Shown in pieces: positions 11,373 to 23,621 of a stretch of DNA of 57,841 nucleotides. The DNA lies in the NCBI RefSeq assembly GCF_001194135.2, contig NC_068982.1, positions 61,221,681-61,279,521 of the forward strand, given 5' to 3'. The position numbers and the translations under genes were made by a program. Positions within the stretch are counted from its first letter, which is position 1; each line of letters opens with the position of its first letter. Under the pieces are notes generated by a model. That model was not told the origin of the DNA. It saw only the letters and a program-made list of their open reading frames with translations, and ran no database searches. Source of the stretch: Octopus bimaculoides (taxonomy: Eukaryota).

Positions 11373-14300
11373 CAGTGCTATCTTAGAGAACAGTACTCCT
11401 GTTAGAGTGACCCAACAGTTCACCATTCACAATGGTAAATCAACTTTGGTGTAAATGTCAGTCAACTACTATACTGGATTTTTCCAATCTTGCTTTACTT
11501 TATTTCAGTACTAGCTTAAAAGCTGCACACTGTGTGGACTTTGAAGCCTGGGCTTGCGGCCTAAAACTGAAGAGTGCATTAATAATAAAGCATCTATTGA
11601 TACCTTACCAATATGGTGTTACTTTAAATTCAGTTTAAATGAAAAACTTCTAAGTTCACAAATTTTTGAAGTTCTTTTAAAATTTGCATTTTCAATTGTT
11701 AACAAATGCTCATCTAGACCTCGTCCCAATGCTGGATGTTCAAGAACCAAATGAAGTGCAGATTTTTAATCCCAAGATCATCCTGATTCCAAAAACATCT
11801 AATATGTCTATGTAGAGCACATGCAGACTGAGATAGAGGGGTCCTGTATGGACGGACAGACCAAAATTTCACATTTGTTATTATTGATATTTATATTTAT
11901 ATAAATGAGTTTCATATTTTGAAGAAAACGAAGATGAAACATTATTCATAATTTGAAATAAATCATCCTCCTTACCTATTACCCACTTAGTTTTGGAGGC
12001 TTATCACAAGACATGTATACGGATATCTCCCACCGAAACATGGAATCTTTATTTAAACAAGAATTCAGTTTAAATTTCTATTGTAATTCTATTGTAATTT
12101 TTAAATTGCTGGCCTTGTGCCAAAATTTGAAAGCAATACTTGTAGTGTGTAATATAGTTTTTTCAGTTCAATCCTAGGGAGAAAATAGATACAATTACTG
12201 GCAACTAATTTTGAAGATAAAATAAACTGAGGATCCTTCATTACATTTAAAATATATCATAAAGTAAGTTAGGCAGAAACATAAAAGCTCCAGATTAAAT
12301 GATTTGCAGTATTTTGTGTCATGTTTGGTTTCCATTCTTCAAAGAGTGATAAAGTAAGTGTTAATAATATACTAAGGTTAATACAATCTCTATCCTTAAA
12401 ACTACCAAAAATTAACCTCATGCTTGATAAAAAGAAATCCTTTTTGTTTTTTATCAACACTTAGCATTTGGCTAGTTTTGTGTCATTCTAAGCTTTAAAG
12501 ATTAGCTAATTTCTTACAGTTAGTCCTTTAATCATAATTAGGCTTACTGGGGTAAAGAGAGAGAGTTTTCTTGGAATATGAAACCATTATGAATGGGAAG
12601 AGTCAATTGACTAAAACAACTTTTAAATTTAGACTAAAGAAGTGTTCATAGAGAGGGAGAGAGGAGATAGCTTTTTATAAAAAGAAAGGAGTATTTTTTA
12701 AACAAAACATTCTATAACTAGTGGTGTCAATAAAAAAAAATTAAAGCAAACAGTTTATATACACTTTTGTTTAAAAAAGATATGAATTCCACATCAAACT
12801 TCAAAGAGAACGGGTATTACTCCAAAGCAAGAATACATCAAGTGGCTTATTTACCACGGTCATCATTGAAGGGTTGAGTGGGGATTTTAGAAAAAAATGG
12901 TTTTCTGCAGAAAGCATCACTGCATTATTTGTTTATCAAACAAAAAAATATTGCTTTGTTTTGCATTCCAATACACACACATGCATACAATACACACACA
13001 AACACANNNNNNNNNNNNNNNNNNNNNNNNNNNNNNNNNNNNNNNNNNNNNNNNNNNNNNNNNNNNNNNNNNNNNNNNNNNNNNNNNNNNNNNNNNNNNN
13101 NNNNNNNNNNNNNNNNNNNNNNNNNNNNNNNNNNNNNNNNNNNNNNNNNNNNNNNNNNNNNNNNNNNNNNNNNNNNATTCAATGAAAGGGAAAAAGTTAT
13201 TTCAAAATATATGAGAACAATCATATACGCTTTGTTCAAAGGAAAACATTAAAAGATGTAGAAAAACTGGAAAGAAAGGTAGAATAAGGTAAAGTTATTG
13301 TTTTGATTAGATATTTTCAGTAGTTAGTCTCTGGTGATACTGTCATCTTCCTTTAAGCATCTTGATGAAAACAGGAACAACACATTTTTCTTTTCACTTT
13401 TCACATTTGAACCACTCTCATGGACTTCAAAAGAAACCACAGAAAGATGATGCAGGCTTTTTTTTTTTTTTCATTTTGTTTTGTTTTATTCCACTTTATT
13501 CTCCATAAGAATAATTGAAGAATTGTTGTAACCATTTTATAAACATCTGTATTCACAGTAGGAAACAGATGATATATTTTCAACAATAAAATATATCTTC
13601 TGTCTTCACACACTAAACATGTACATCAATAAGAGGCACACAAAACACTATAGTGTAAGTGTGCATTCTCAACTATAGATCTGTGCACGCACATATGTAT
13701 GAAAGGTAAGAGGAGGAACATACAATAAATGATTCCTTTGCTATGTAGCACATAAATATTATTCAATAATGAAGACAAACAGCCATTAACTAAGTTAACA
13801 AGACGTGCCAAGTTAAGATCAGGAAGGGTGAAGACCTGGCCACCAAAGACCACTAGTAAGTCACAGGTATGCCAACCAAGCCATTTAAACTTTTAGCTTC
13901 TCTGCTTTTGCCCAATTAACTGTAGTATTTTCCATCTGCTACACTGTACCCAGCTTGATGAGAGTGCTTTAAAATAAATTAACCCTTTTCTGCTCACATG
14001 TGCAAATTAATCAATTCAAAGAAATGGAAGCTATGCAATTGTGAGTGACAGACTGGAACAGTAATATCATCTCAAGAAATATCAGGCATTAGGGAGTTTG
14101 GTAATAAACAGCAATGTTTCTATAACATTTCTCTTTTTCCAGCTAACATAGAAAATATGAAGAAGAAAATAACTTTGCAGAGTGATGCCTGGAATAGTAA
14201 AATAAATTTTGGTGCATTCAGGTAGGGAAGAAGATTGGTAAGCAAGAGGGGTGGGTAAGAAGGTTGGTAAGTAGGCGCATATGTGAAAATCACCTTTCTT

Positions 14301-14805
14301 CATTTCCTCAGGATACTAGATCAACAATAGCATTACCTTTCTTTTATTTTAAAAGAACAGATACTGAATTATCCTTTCTGTTAATCTCTAATCTTACATG
14401 AATCTTCTAAATAACATTAACAATCAATACAATAGTACACAGATATACACACACACACATTTTGCTTGTATTTTATAAAAATTCTTTTTCCCAACAAAAC
14501 TACTGCAGTGATAGTATATTCTTTGCTCCATCACTAAACAGGTTTCCTTACTTTGTCTAAGAGTAGACTCCACTATACATTAAATATTGGATTGTTTGCT
14601 CTCTTAGATAGTTTTTATACTGAGGTACATCAGCCATAAGAAAATGATACAAGTCTAAGATGAATGACTCTACACATCACATGTCCATGCCAGTATGGCA
14701 TTCTCTTTTGCACTCAACACCGATTCCTCTTATGCCCAGTTTTTCACTCAGTTCATTTGTACTCAGTATTCATGCACAGTAATATTATACAAATATTATA
14801 CCCAA

Positions 14806-15018
14806 GTGGTGGCTGGCAGAAACGTTAGCACGCCAGGTGAAATGCTTAGCGGTATTTCATCTCTCTTTACGTTCGGAGTTCAAATTCCGCCAAGGTTGAC
14901 TTTGCCATTTATCCTTTCAGGGTTGATATATTAAGTACCAGTTGTGTACTGGGGTCGATCTAATCGACTGGTCCCCTCCCCCAAAATGTTGGGCCTTCTG
15001 CCTAGAGTAGAAAAGAAT
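14806..15018 (+). mobile_element. SINE family B, tail type b
   Basis: ctggcagaaacgttagc head, gagttcaaattcc B-box, cctttcagggttgatatattaagtaccag central domain and agtagaaaag tail. Confidence 0.85.
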
Positions 15019-15069
15019 ATCATACAAACATCAGAGTGTGCTTACATCATTTCTTTCCAGTCTTTGTTA

Positions 15070-15310
15070 GTCTTCTGCATCCAAAGTCCACATCTAACTA
15101 CAACGTAACATTGTCATTCCCTACACAAAAGTTATACAATCTATTCTTCATTCTGAGGTAAAAATTCATCATCACTAGTAAAGGTGTGAGCACCCTGGAC
15201 TTTTCCAATCTGTGCTTAACCAAGTGACTATACATTCAGAACAACCACTTCCTCTACTAATTATGTTACCTAAGCAACAGAACCTGTGGACTATGCCTAA
15301 GCCAGCAGGG
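15070..15310 (-). mobile_element. Old RTE RT fragment
   Basis: Minus strand reads approximately VHRFCCLGNIISRGSGCSECIV...W...MKNRLYNFCV, collinear with RT domain 7 and the downstream region of the copy at 54440-54620. Confidence 0.55.
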
Positions 15311-15318
15311 CGTTTAAG

Positions 15319-15531
15319 AAGTAGTTTTCCACCAGGGTCCATATGAGCAATAAATTGATTATGCTTCTACAATACATAAGATATCTTAACAATTTTTTTA
15401 TACAATTCCTAATAATATTTAATTATAAAAATATAATAAGATTTTCTTAAACATTGAATGGTTATGAAGGTTCATCCAAGTAAAACAGGACTCGGAGGGG
15501 TCTATAGGTAAGAAGTGGTTGAGAACCACTG
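15319..15531. mobile_element. hAT-type MITE
   Basis: Right TIR ggttgagaaccactg (15517-15531), degenerate left TIR aagtagttttccacc, and imperfect 8-bp flanks gtttaaga / ctttaaaa. Confidence 0.5.
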
Positions 15532-16443
15532 CTTTAAAAAGACCTTTTCTGAATAAAACACCTCAGCCTAAAAGCATTTAACAATATAGATATATTTAAG
15601 TATGGGACATTGATAATGTTCACATTATAGAGCTACTTGTAACACAAAATTTCGACCTCTGTTATCTTTTAGAGAAAGGATAACTTTTACAATATGCTGC
15701 CCAGTTAGATCAAAATTGGATCCACACTGTTCCAAAGTAAATCTCTCAAGACAGCCAGGACTGTGCCACTGTTACCATTATCAACTCAAAGAAAATCCAT
15801 ACACTATTATTGATAGTTATTTCATCAGCTCCAGAAGAAAAAACAAACCAGGTTCTGGTTGGAGGATTTGAACTCAAAACCAAAAGAATGAAAATAAATA
15901 CAACACTGAATTCAGTGTAGCATTCAGCTATCTCAGACACTTTCCACTTAAGGATGATGAAGATAGTGACACAAGGTAGATTCATGTGTACAGGTAAGAA
16001 GAGCTATAATAAAATACAGGTGTTGCTATCAAAACCAATATCCCTGAAATAATCCACTGGTGCGTAATAGAATCAGGTGTTCAGTGATAATGGTGATAAA
16101 AGCAATCCAGGTAATGATAAGGACAATAAAGTAAGCTAAACAGAGAGAAATAGAGAGAAAAAGAGAGAGAGAAACACAGTATACTGCTATGACAGTACCA
16201 ACTAATGTTGCTAAACAAAGTTGCTCTTATAGAATTGCAGGTGGCTTTGATTATCACCACCATCATCATCATTATCATCACCAATGGCAACAACAACAAC
16301 ATCAATGGTATAATGAAGAGTGGCAGGACATGTGTTTATAAAACTGGGGCAGAACTGCAAGAAAGCAGGTAAGGAAATTACTTCTGGTATTAAATCACTT
16401 TCATTTTCAAAATGGTGTAAGACTTGGATTAACAGTGGAATCA

Positions 16444-16467
16444 CTTATAATAATAATAATAATAATA

Positions 16468-16498
<31 letters not shown>

Positions 16499-16975
16499 GG
16501 ATGANNNNNNNNNNAGAAGAAGGAGGAGAAGAAGAAGAAGAAGAAGAAGAAGAAGAAGAAGAAGAAGAAGAAGAAGAAGAAGAAAAGTAAAAGTAAACAA
16601 ATAGATAAATAAATGGAACGAAAAACTAAATACAAAAGCCTTAAAAACAGAATAAAATAAAATAAAATTCCGGCCCTACTCCATTTTCTCCCACTGAATT
16701 CTATTTCTGGTACATTGTGAAGACGTCAAAAGTTGTATGTATGGATTACCTCATATTGGCTTTATCTGGAACCAAGGTTTTACTGATTTCTTCTTTTCCA
16801 AGTCCATTATGTGGGGGGTGGGAGAAAAAAGAAGTAGCGGAGTAACCTTACACATACATGCACATGTGTGTGTGTGTGTGTGTGTATGGTTAATATTGAG
16901 TGTTATACAGCTATCAATATATAATGAAAAAGAATGATGGCAAATGTAACTAAGATAACAAATGTGTGATTTGTT

Positions 16976-17031
<56 letters not shown>

Positions 17032-17160
17032 ACAATAGTGGTGGTGGCTGTGGTAGCAGTAGTAGTGGTGGTGTGGTGGTGGTGATGACGATGGTTTTGG
17101 TGGTGACGGCGATGGTTGTGGTGGTGACGGCGATGGTTGTGGTGGTGACGGCAATGGTAG
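16444..17160. repeat. Trinucleotide microsatellite patchwork: (TAA)n, (GAT)n, (GAA)n, (TAG)n, GGT-rich
   Basis: Directly visible. It explains the poly-N/D/R/S/V ORFs in the track. Confidence 0.95.
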
Positions 17161-17913
17161 NNNNNNNNNNNNNNNNNNNNNNNNNNNNNNNNNNNNNNNN
17201 NNNNNNNNNNNNNNNNNNNNNNNNNNNNNNNNNNNNNNNNNAGCATCTGGTTTTTCAGCCGATGTCTTATAGCAGAGGCAACAATTCTAATTGCAGCAAA
17301 AATCTAGCAAAAAGGAGGCGGAGGAGGAGGAGCAAACAGGCAAGACTGTGAGGGCAGCAGTATGTGAAATTGAAGAGTTTTTATATATTTTCACCTTCAG
17401 GAAAAGGTTGTCCTGTGTAGCTCGTGGATATTTCTAATCTTAGGAGTGATAATGATTACTTCAGAGAGAAGACATTATACGAACATTTTGACATTTTCAC
17501 CCCAAACTCAAAACTGAAATAAGTTTCTAAGGATTCCAGCAGTGCAGCAAGTCATTTAAACACTAAACAGCACTAATGAATGCACAAGTTGCAGCCTTCT
17601 GGCAGAAGATTTTCAGTTCAACACATTTATTTTTATATATTATGGAATTGTTGTTTTTTTTTCCTTTTCTTTTCCTAAGCATCCTTTTTATCCTCTCATC
17701 CGTCGCCCTTGTGGCATAATAAAGAAAAAATCTTCATCTTTGTCTCCCCTCTTCTTCTTCTTCTTCTTCTTCTTCACCATCTTCTTCATCATTTTCTCAT
17801 TGTTACTATTGTTGGGGATGGCGTTGTTGTTGTTGTTGCTATTTTAATGTATTTCCGATTAACGAACCCTTAATACTAAACATACTACTTCATTCACACA
17901 CACACACACACGC

Positions 17914-17963
<50 letters not shown>

Positions 17964-18384
17964 TACACACATACATATATGCATACAGACATACAAGTAT
18001 ACATGCATATTATATTCATATGCAACACACAAACATATACATACATACATACANNNNNNNNNNGCAACACACAAACATATACATACATACATACATACAT
18101 AAATAAATAAATACATACATACATACATACACACATGCATGCATGAATACATACACACACACACTCACATGCATGCATGCATGCATAAACACACTATATC
18201 ACATGCTAATATGTTATAGTGATAGATAAACACGTATAAATATTGACAGTGACTCCTTTTAGGAGTGAAGAAAAATGTCTTTCATTCTGTAAAGTAATGA
18301 ATTCTGTTACCTTTCTTACTGCTTATCAAAGATTTTAGCTTCATAATAACAGAGAAACTTTTAATTATTTTCATTGTTATTCTT

Positions 18385-18620
18385 TTATTCTCTTAGTTAT
18401 TTCAGTCATTTGACAGCAGCCATGCTGGAACACCACCCTAAAAGATTTGTCAGATAAATCAACTCCAGGACTTATTCTTTGTAAGCCATTTACATATTCT
18501 TTCAGTCTCTTTTGCCAAACCACTAAGTTACAGGGATGTAAACACACCAACATCAGCTGTCAAGTGATGGTGGTGGTGGTGGTGGTGGTGGCAAATACAG
18601 ACACAAAGACACACACACAT
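18385..18620 (-). mobile_element. SINE family A, 3' half
   Basis: tttcagtcatttgacagcagccatgctggaacacc...aaacaccaacatc aligns to family A. Confidence 0.75.
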
Positions 18621-18982
18621 AAATATATACATACATATATATACTACATATAATATATGTAAACAAACCTGAAAGGCTTTGTAAGTTACAGCAAGAAAGC
18701 TACTATGGAAGACTCATAGCATAATAATAACTGTATAATAGTATATCAAAATGATATTTTATTCTCCGATTTGAAGTGACAATTTTTAAATACAAACAAA
18801 TGACTGAAAAATTATGAGCTAACCCCAGCCAGAATCGAACCTACAAATCAATGCTAACATGGCTTCTTGCACATCCAACTGGGCCAAATGCTCAATCATC
18901 AATTTCAGCCAAATTTAGTCAATATATACTTATACTGTCTAATACTACATATAATATTTGTAAACAAACGCGAAAGGCTTTG

Positions 18983-19180
18983 TATGAGGTCTGATCAATA
19001 AGTATCAATAAGGACTGTTGCCATAGTAACAAAGCTAAAGCATGCAGAGTGAAGCCACTTGGCAAAGATTGACCTTGAACCCTGCTGTACATGCACACTA
19101 AGTTTTAACATTCTAGCTCACTTCTGCTGTTTACAGCAGTGCTTGGAAGGAAGGTGTGTAGCATGTGCTCATCACATTGG
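18983..19180 (+). mobile_element. Tc1/mariner-type element end fragment
   Basis: Begins TA|tgaggtctgatcaataagtatc, resembling mariner TIRs at a TA target. No partner TIR found. Confidence 0.45.
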
Positions 19181-19189
19181 AGGTGGCAA

Positions 19190-19462
19190 TGGTGAGTACC
19201 TAGTGAATGCATGTACATCTCAAACTTGCCATTCACTTTAAAAAGAAACCAGTTTCCCATTTGCCTGTCATACGCAATGACTATCAATAAATCACAAGGG
19301 CAAACATTTGATAAAGTTTGGTTGTTATTGCCTGAACCTGTACTTGGTTATGGTCAGCTATATGTTACTTTGAGAGTTAAAGTTATCAACACTGGCAAAC
19401 AAGGGAAAAGAAGAGGGAGAACTTACACAAAGAACATAGTCTGCAAAGAAGTATTGGACTGA
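19190..19462 (+). mobile_element. Helitron PIF1-like helicase C-terminal fragment
   Basis: ORF 19211..19462: [31 protein letters not shown]...GQLYV...[13 protein letters not shown]1 motifs V-VI plus the Helitron-type C-terminus. Confidence 0.9.
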
Positions 19463-19935
19463 ATGGTGTATGCAAATTGAAATGTGTATTGGCTCTGACC
19501 AATCACTTTGGCTTATAAGTTACCAGTGATGTGGTTTTCAGAATATGCTATGTTGCATTAAAGTTTTACATCCGTGAAGTTGTGGCCCCTATATTTTACA
19601 TATCTTTACAATAAAATTTTTGTTTTCTAGATATGAAATTGTGACCATGTAAATTTAAAATGTGAATTTTTCTGTTTATGGGGTAAATGGCAAAATAAGA
19701 GTTACTATTTATTTTATGAGTGTTGTGTATTACGTCTATAAAATTGTGCATAATGTATATAAAGTATATATATATAAAGTGCATTAAGTAATCATCATAT
19801 TCCAATTTCTTTCACATTTCAATGAATAGCAGATGAGTGACTATCTTTTGATACAGACAAAACACAAGCTATGCTTTCTGGTTTTTTGGCTAAAGTTTAC
19901 AGGAATAACCCAATAGGTTTACTATTAATTCTGTG

Positions 19936-20372
19936 GCCACACCCTAACAGTTGAGGGAACCCGTGGAAGAGGTAGGCCCAGGAAGACCTGGGCTGAGGTG
20001 GTGAGGCAAGACCTTCGTACATTGGGCCTCACCGAGGCGATGACTACGGACCGAGACCTTTGGAAATGGGCTGTGCGTGAGAAGACCCGGCAAGCCAAGT
20101 AAGATCGTTGCCAGTGCCCCTGGACTGGCTTGTGCGGGTGGCACATAAAAGACACCATTTCGAGCGTGGCCGTTTTCGTGCGGGTGACACGTAAAAGCAC
20201 CCACTACACTCTCTGAGTGGTTGGCGTTAGGAAGGGCATCCAGCTGTAGAAACTCTGCCAAATCAGACTGGAGCCTGGTGTTGCCATCCGGTTTCACCAG
20301 TCCTCAGTCAAATCGTCCAACCCATGCTAGCATGGAAAGCGGACGTTAAACGATGATGATGATGATGATGAT
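19936..20372 (+). mobile_element. Young 5'-truncated RTE LINE
   Basis: Encodes HTLTVEGTRGRGRPRKTWAEVVRQDLRTLGL..., then a 3' UTR and (GAT)n tail. Confidence 0.9.
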
Positions 20373-20401
20373 TCATGGGTTCCGCTAGTAATAATAATAG
20401 T

Positions 20402-20770
20402 AGTTGCCTGTTTGATTCCAGGATCATAAAGAAAGAGGACAAAAAGCAAAAAAAAAATACAATCCCTTAAAATTTGAAATAAAAAGAATTTGGAGTATGA
20501 GAACAGTAAACGTCATACTTATAATAATTGGTGTTTTGGGAACAGTAATCAAAGATATAGACAAATGGCTGGAGGAGATTGGAATAGACCGCCTAGTAGA
20601 GCTCCTACAGAAAGTTTGTCTCTTAGGGACAGCAAGGATTATCAGGAGGATACTAAGCACTTGAAAAACAGCTGGAAACTTGTGGATACCTAAGGTTACA
20701 GGTAGTAACATGCTACCCACATAAATCCTACCATGAATAAGACTGAACCTGAGCCAAACCAAAATAATAA
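20402..20770 (+). mobile_element. RLE-type non-LTR retrotransposon (R4/Dong/HERO-like) C-terminal fragment
   Basis: After one frameshift in a poly-A run it reads KYNPLKFEIKRIWSMRTVNVILIIIGVLGTVIKDIDKWLEEIGIDRLVELLQKVCLLGTARIIRRILST* (stop 20662-20664). Confidence 0.8.
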
Positions 20771-21984
20771 AGAAATTAAACAGTCCTACAAAAAATATTA
20801 TTACTAATAACACTGTTGCTTTTTTTTTTTCTTCTGAAGACTTTGTCTTTGGATTTAGTTGTACAACATGCCTTAGAATAAGAGCTGGTCTATTCTCTCT
20901 TAAGACTTCTTATAAAGGCACAGCCCAGCACCTATAAAGAGGGCACATGCAGGCACTGTGAGTGACAGAATCAACCATGAAATACATAATACTAATAGAT
21001 CTAACATTGCATTAACAACGAAACTACGGTAATAATGACAATATTAAGCAAACATAACAATTTTAGTTGTGCATATTGTTGTGCACATGTGTGTGTATGT
21101 GAGAGAGATAGAGAGAGAAAGAGAAAAAAGAAAGGAAAGGCAAGAGAGAGAAAGTGAGAGAGGGGGATATTTAGATTGACTGATATAAAAAAAAAAAGGA
21201 GTGGAATAACAGATTTTTTTTTGTTAAAAGAAATTAAAGAGCAGAATTTCCGCTTATTCTTGGTTTTTAAACATTTTTTATTTGTTCAGTTGTGTTTTAT
21301 TTCTTAGATTATTTTTTCCTGTTTATTTAACAGATAAATTTAAGTGATTATTGATTTTTCAAATTCATCCTTATTGACCTAGTAGGAGGCACCACATCTA
21401 TGTAATTTCCTCCAACCAGATAAAATTTGGTCATAAATGTGGTTAAAACAATATCAACAACAGCAGCAGCAGCAATGTTTAACAAAGAAGCTGTGGCATT
21501 TGCAAATTTAGTTCTTATCAATATTCCTCATTATCATAATTAATATTGTTGCAGATGCTCAGAACTAAATCACCCCTGGTTGAGCAGATCTATGATCAAA
21601 AGCACTCCATTCCCAACAACCATTTTTTTTTCTTAATTTTTTCTTTCCTAATTTTTTTTTCAAGCATACTGGGCCCCAGACTACATAAGCTAATGTGTCC
21701 TTCCTTTAAGATTGAAGGATGTGATGTAGGGTTAAACTTGGTTGTTACTTTCAGCAGTTCAAATAACTATAATGTGGCTTCCTCATTGGTTCATTATCAT
21801 AATTAATAATAAAGAGCAATGAGATGGCAGAATTTATAAAGGGATGAACAGATGCCTTCCAGCAATACTTCTCAAAATTTTTCCAATTCCTGCTCCAGTT
21901 CTTTTACTAAACTTTCGACTGCAGTTGAAAAGTATATTATATATACATATTTAACAGTTCATACATGTGTCTAATTTATTCATA

Positions 21985-22400
21985 TTACTCTTTACTCTTT
22001 TACTTGTTTCAGTCATTTGACTGTGGCCATGCTGGAGCACCGCCTTTAGTCGAGTAAATCGACCCCAGGACTTATTCTTTGGAAGCCTAGTACTTATTCT
22101 ATCGGTCTCTTTTGCCAAACCGCTAAGTTACGGGGATGTAAACACACCAGCATTGGTTATCAAGCGATGTCGGGGGCGGGGACAAACACAGACATGCAAA
22201 CATATACACACACATACATACATATATACATATACATGACGGGCTTCTTTCAGTTTCCGTCTACCAAATCCACTCACAAGGCTTTGGTCAGCCCGAGGCT
22301 ATAGTAGAAGACACTTGCGCAAGGTGTCACGCAGTGGGAATGAACCCAGAACCATGTGGTTGGTAAGCAAGCTACTTACCACACAGCCACTCCTGCGCCT
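21985..22400 (-). mobile_element. SINE family A, best-preserved full-length copy
   Basis: Minus strand: A-box-like tggctgtgtgg, B-box-like ggttcattccc, central ttgcgcaagtgtcttctactatagcctcggg, internal microsatellite, taaaagag repeat tail. Confidence 0.9.
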
Positions 22401-22529
22401 TAAGAAATTTATGTAATAAATTTTGAATAGGGACTTTTTACATCAACAATAAGTCATGGACTGCTTTTTGTGGCTTTAAGTCGTATGAACTTAGGTTGGT
22501 TTCAGTAATGGAGAGTACAACTGAAAGGA

Positions 22530-22700
22530 AATGTCGCTTCAAAAATGTTGGTATTTACTTGCCAACTTCTGTATTTAGTCATGGCCAGCTTCATGTGACC
22601 TTAAGTCGTACAAGAAGGAAGGAAAACTTTTAAATTCTTTTGATGGAAACAAGCAGTCAAGAGATGTTAAATGCGGATAGATTTTTCACCAAACAATTTG
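22530..22700 (+). mobile_element. Helitron helicase motif VI fragment
   Basis: Translates FKNVGIYLPTSVFSHGQLHVTLSRTRRKENF, the VFSHGQLYVALSR motif. Confidence 0.75.
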
Positions 22701-23141
22701 GTAATAAAAGAACTATTAAACTAAAAACCTGGTTTTGTACCTTATTTATATATAAAAGACTACAATTAGCTGTCATCTTTGACGGCATGGGACCAGCTAG
22801 TAATGACTATAGTATGTGTACATATATGTGTGTATGTATGCATGTATGTATGTGTGTGTGTGAGCATGTATGCATGTATATTCATGTGTGTGTGCATACT
22901 ATAAGTACAAGAGAAATAGGTGGATAGGTATCTAATAAGGAGAAATAGAGAAGAGAGAAACAAAAGAAAGGGAGAAACAGAGAAAGACAGATGGACAGGT
23001 ATCTAATAACAAGTATTAGAAACCAATATCTGAAGGTATGCAATCAGAGTTACAGCACTTGCGCAAACCTCCACACAGGCACGTATCCTGCATTCTCTAT
23101 TATTTTAATGAAGAAACATAAATGCAGTGTGCTCATTTATG

Positions 23142-23217
<76 letters not shown>

Positions 23218-23579
23218 GGTTTATATGTGTATGTGTACATATTTTGAATCTGTCTGAATATCTGAGTACATGCACATATATAAATAAGCATGCACAAACA
23301 TACACACTAGCACATCAATGATTGTCAAACTTCTGTCTATAGACTAGACAGACTATGTCTGAGAACTTGCTCACTCAACACATAACCCGGACAGTCTCCA
23401 AGAACCTCAATGAGCAGCACTTCATCTCAAAAGACAAAGTACTGCTGCTTGAAATAAGTCAGCACATGGCATAAAGCATGGCTATTTCCCTCGTTAGTTA
23501 CTAGAAATAGTTCTCTCATTATAAAAGAGCCAAAACAAAAACAACAAAAAATAACAAATAAGTTTGCGGGAGATAAGAA

Positions 23580-23621
<42 letters not shown>

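Noticed and set aside
13626-13853. YVLHSKGII resembling kinase subdomain VI
   Set aside because: No HRD motif or other kinase motifs follow, and there are no supporting splice sites.
15746-15985. Minus-strand 79-aa hydrophobic ORF as a membrane protein exon
   Set aside because: No recognisable family, and the splice signals here favour the plus strand.
16189-16340. His/Gln-rich short ORF (GGFDYHHHHHHYHHQWQQQQ)
   Set aside because: Explained by CAT/CAA microsatellites. No reflectin-like or other recognisable motif.
18816-18893. Functional tRNA gene
   Set aside because: A and B boxes are present but the acceptor, anticodon and T stems do not pair adequately. Reported as tRNA-like only.
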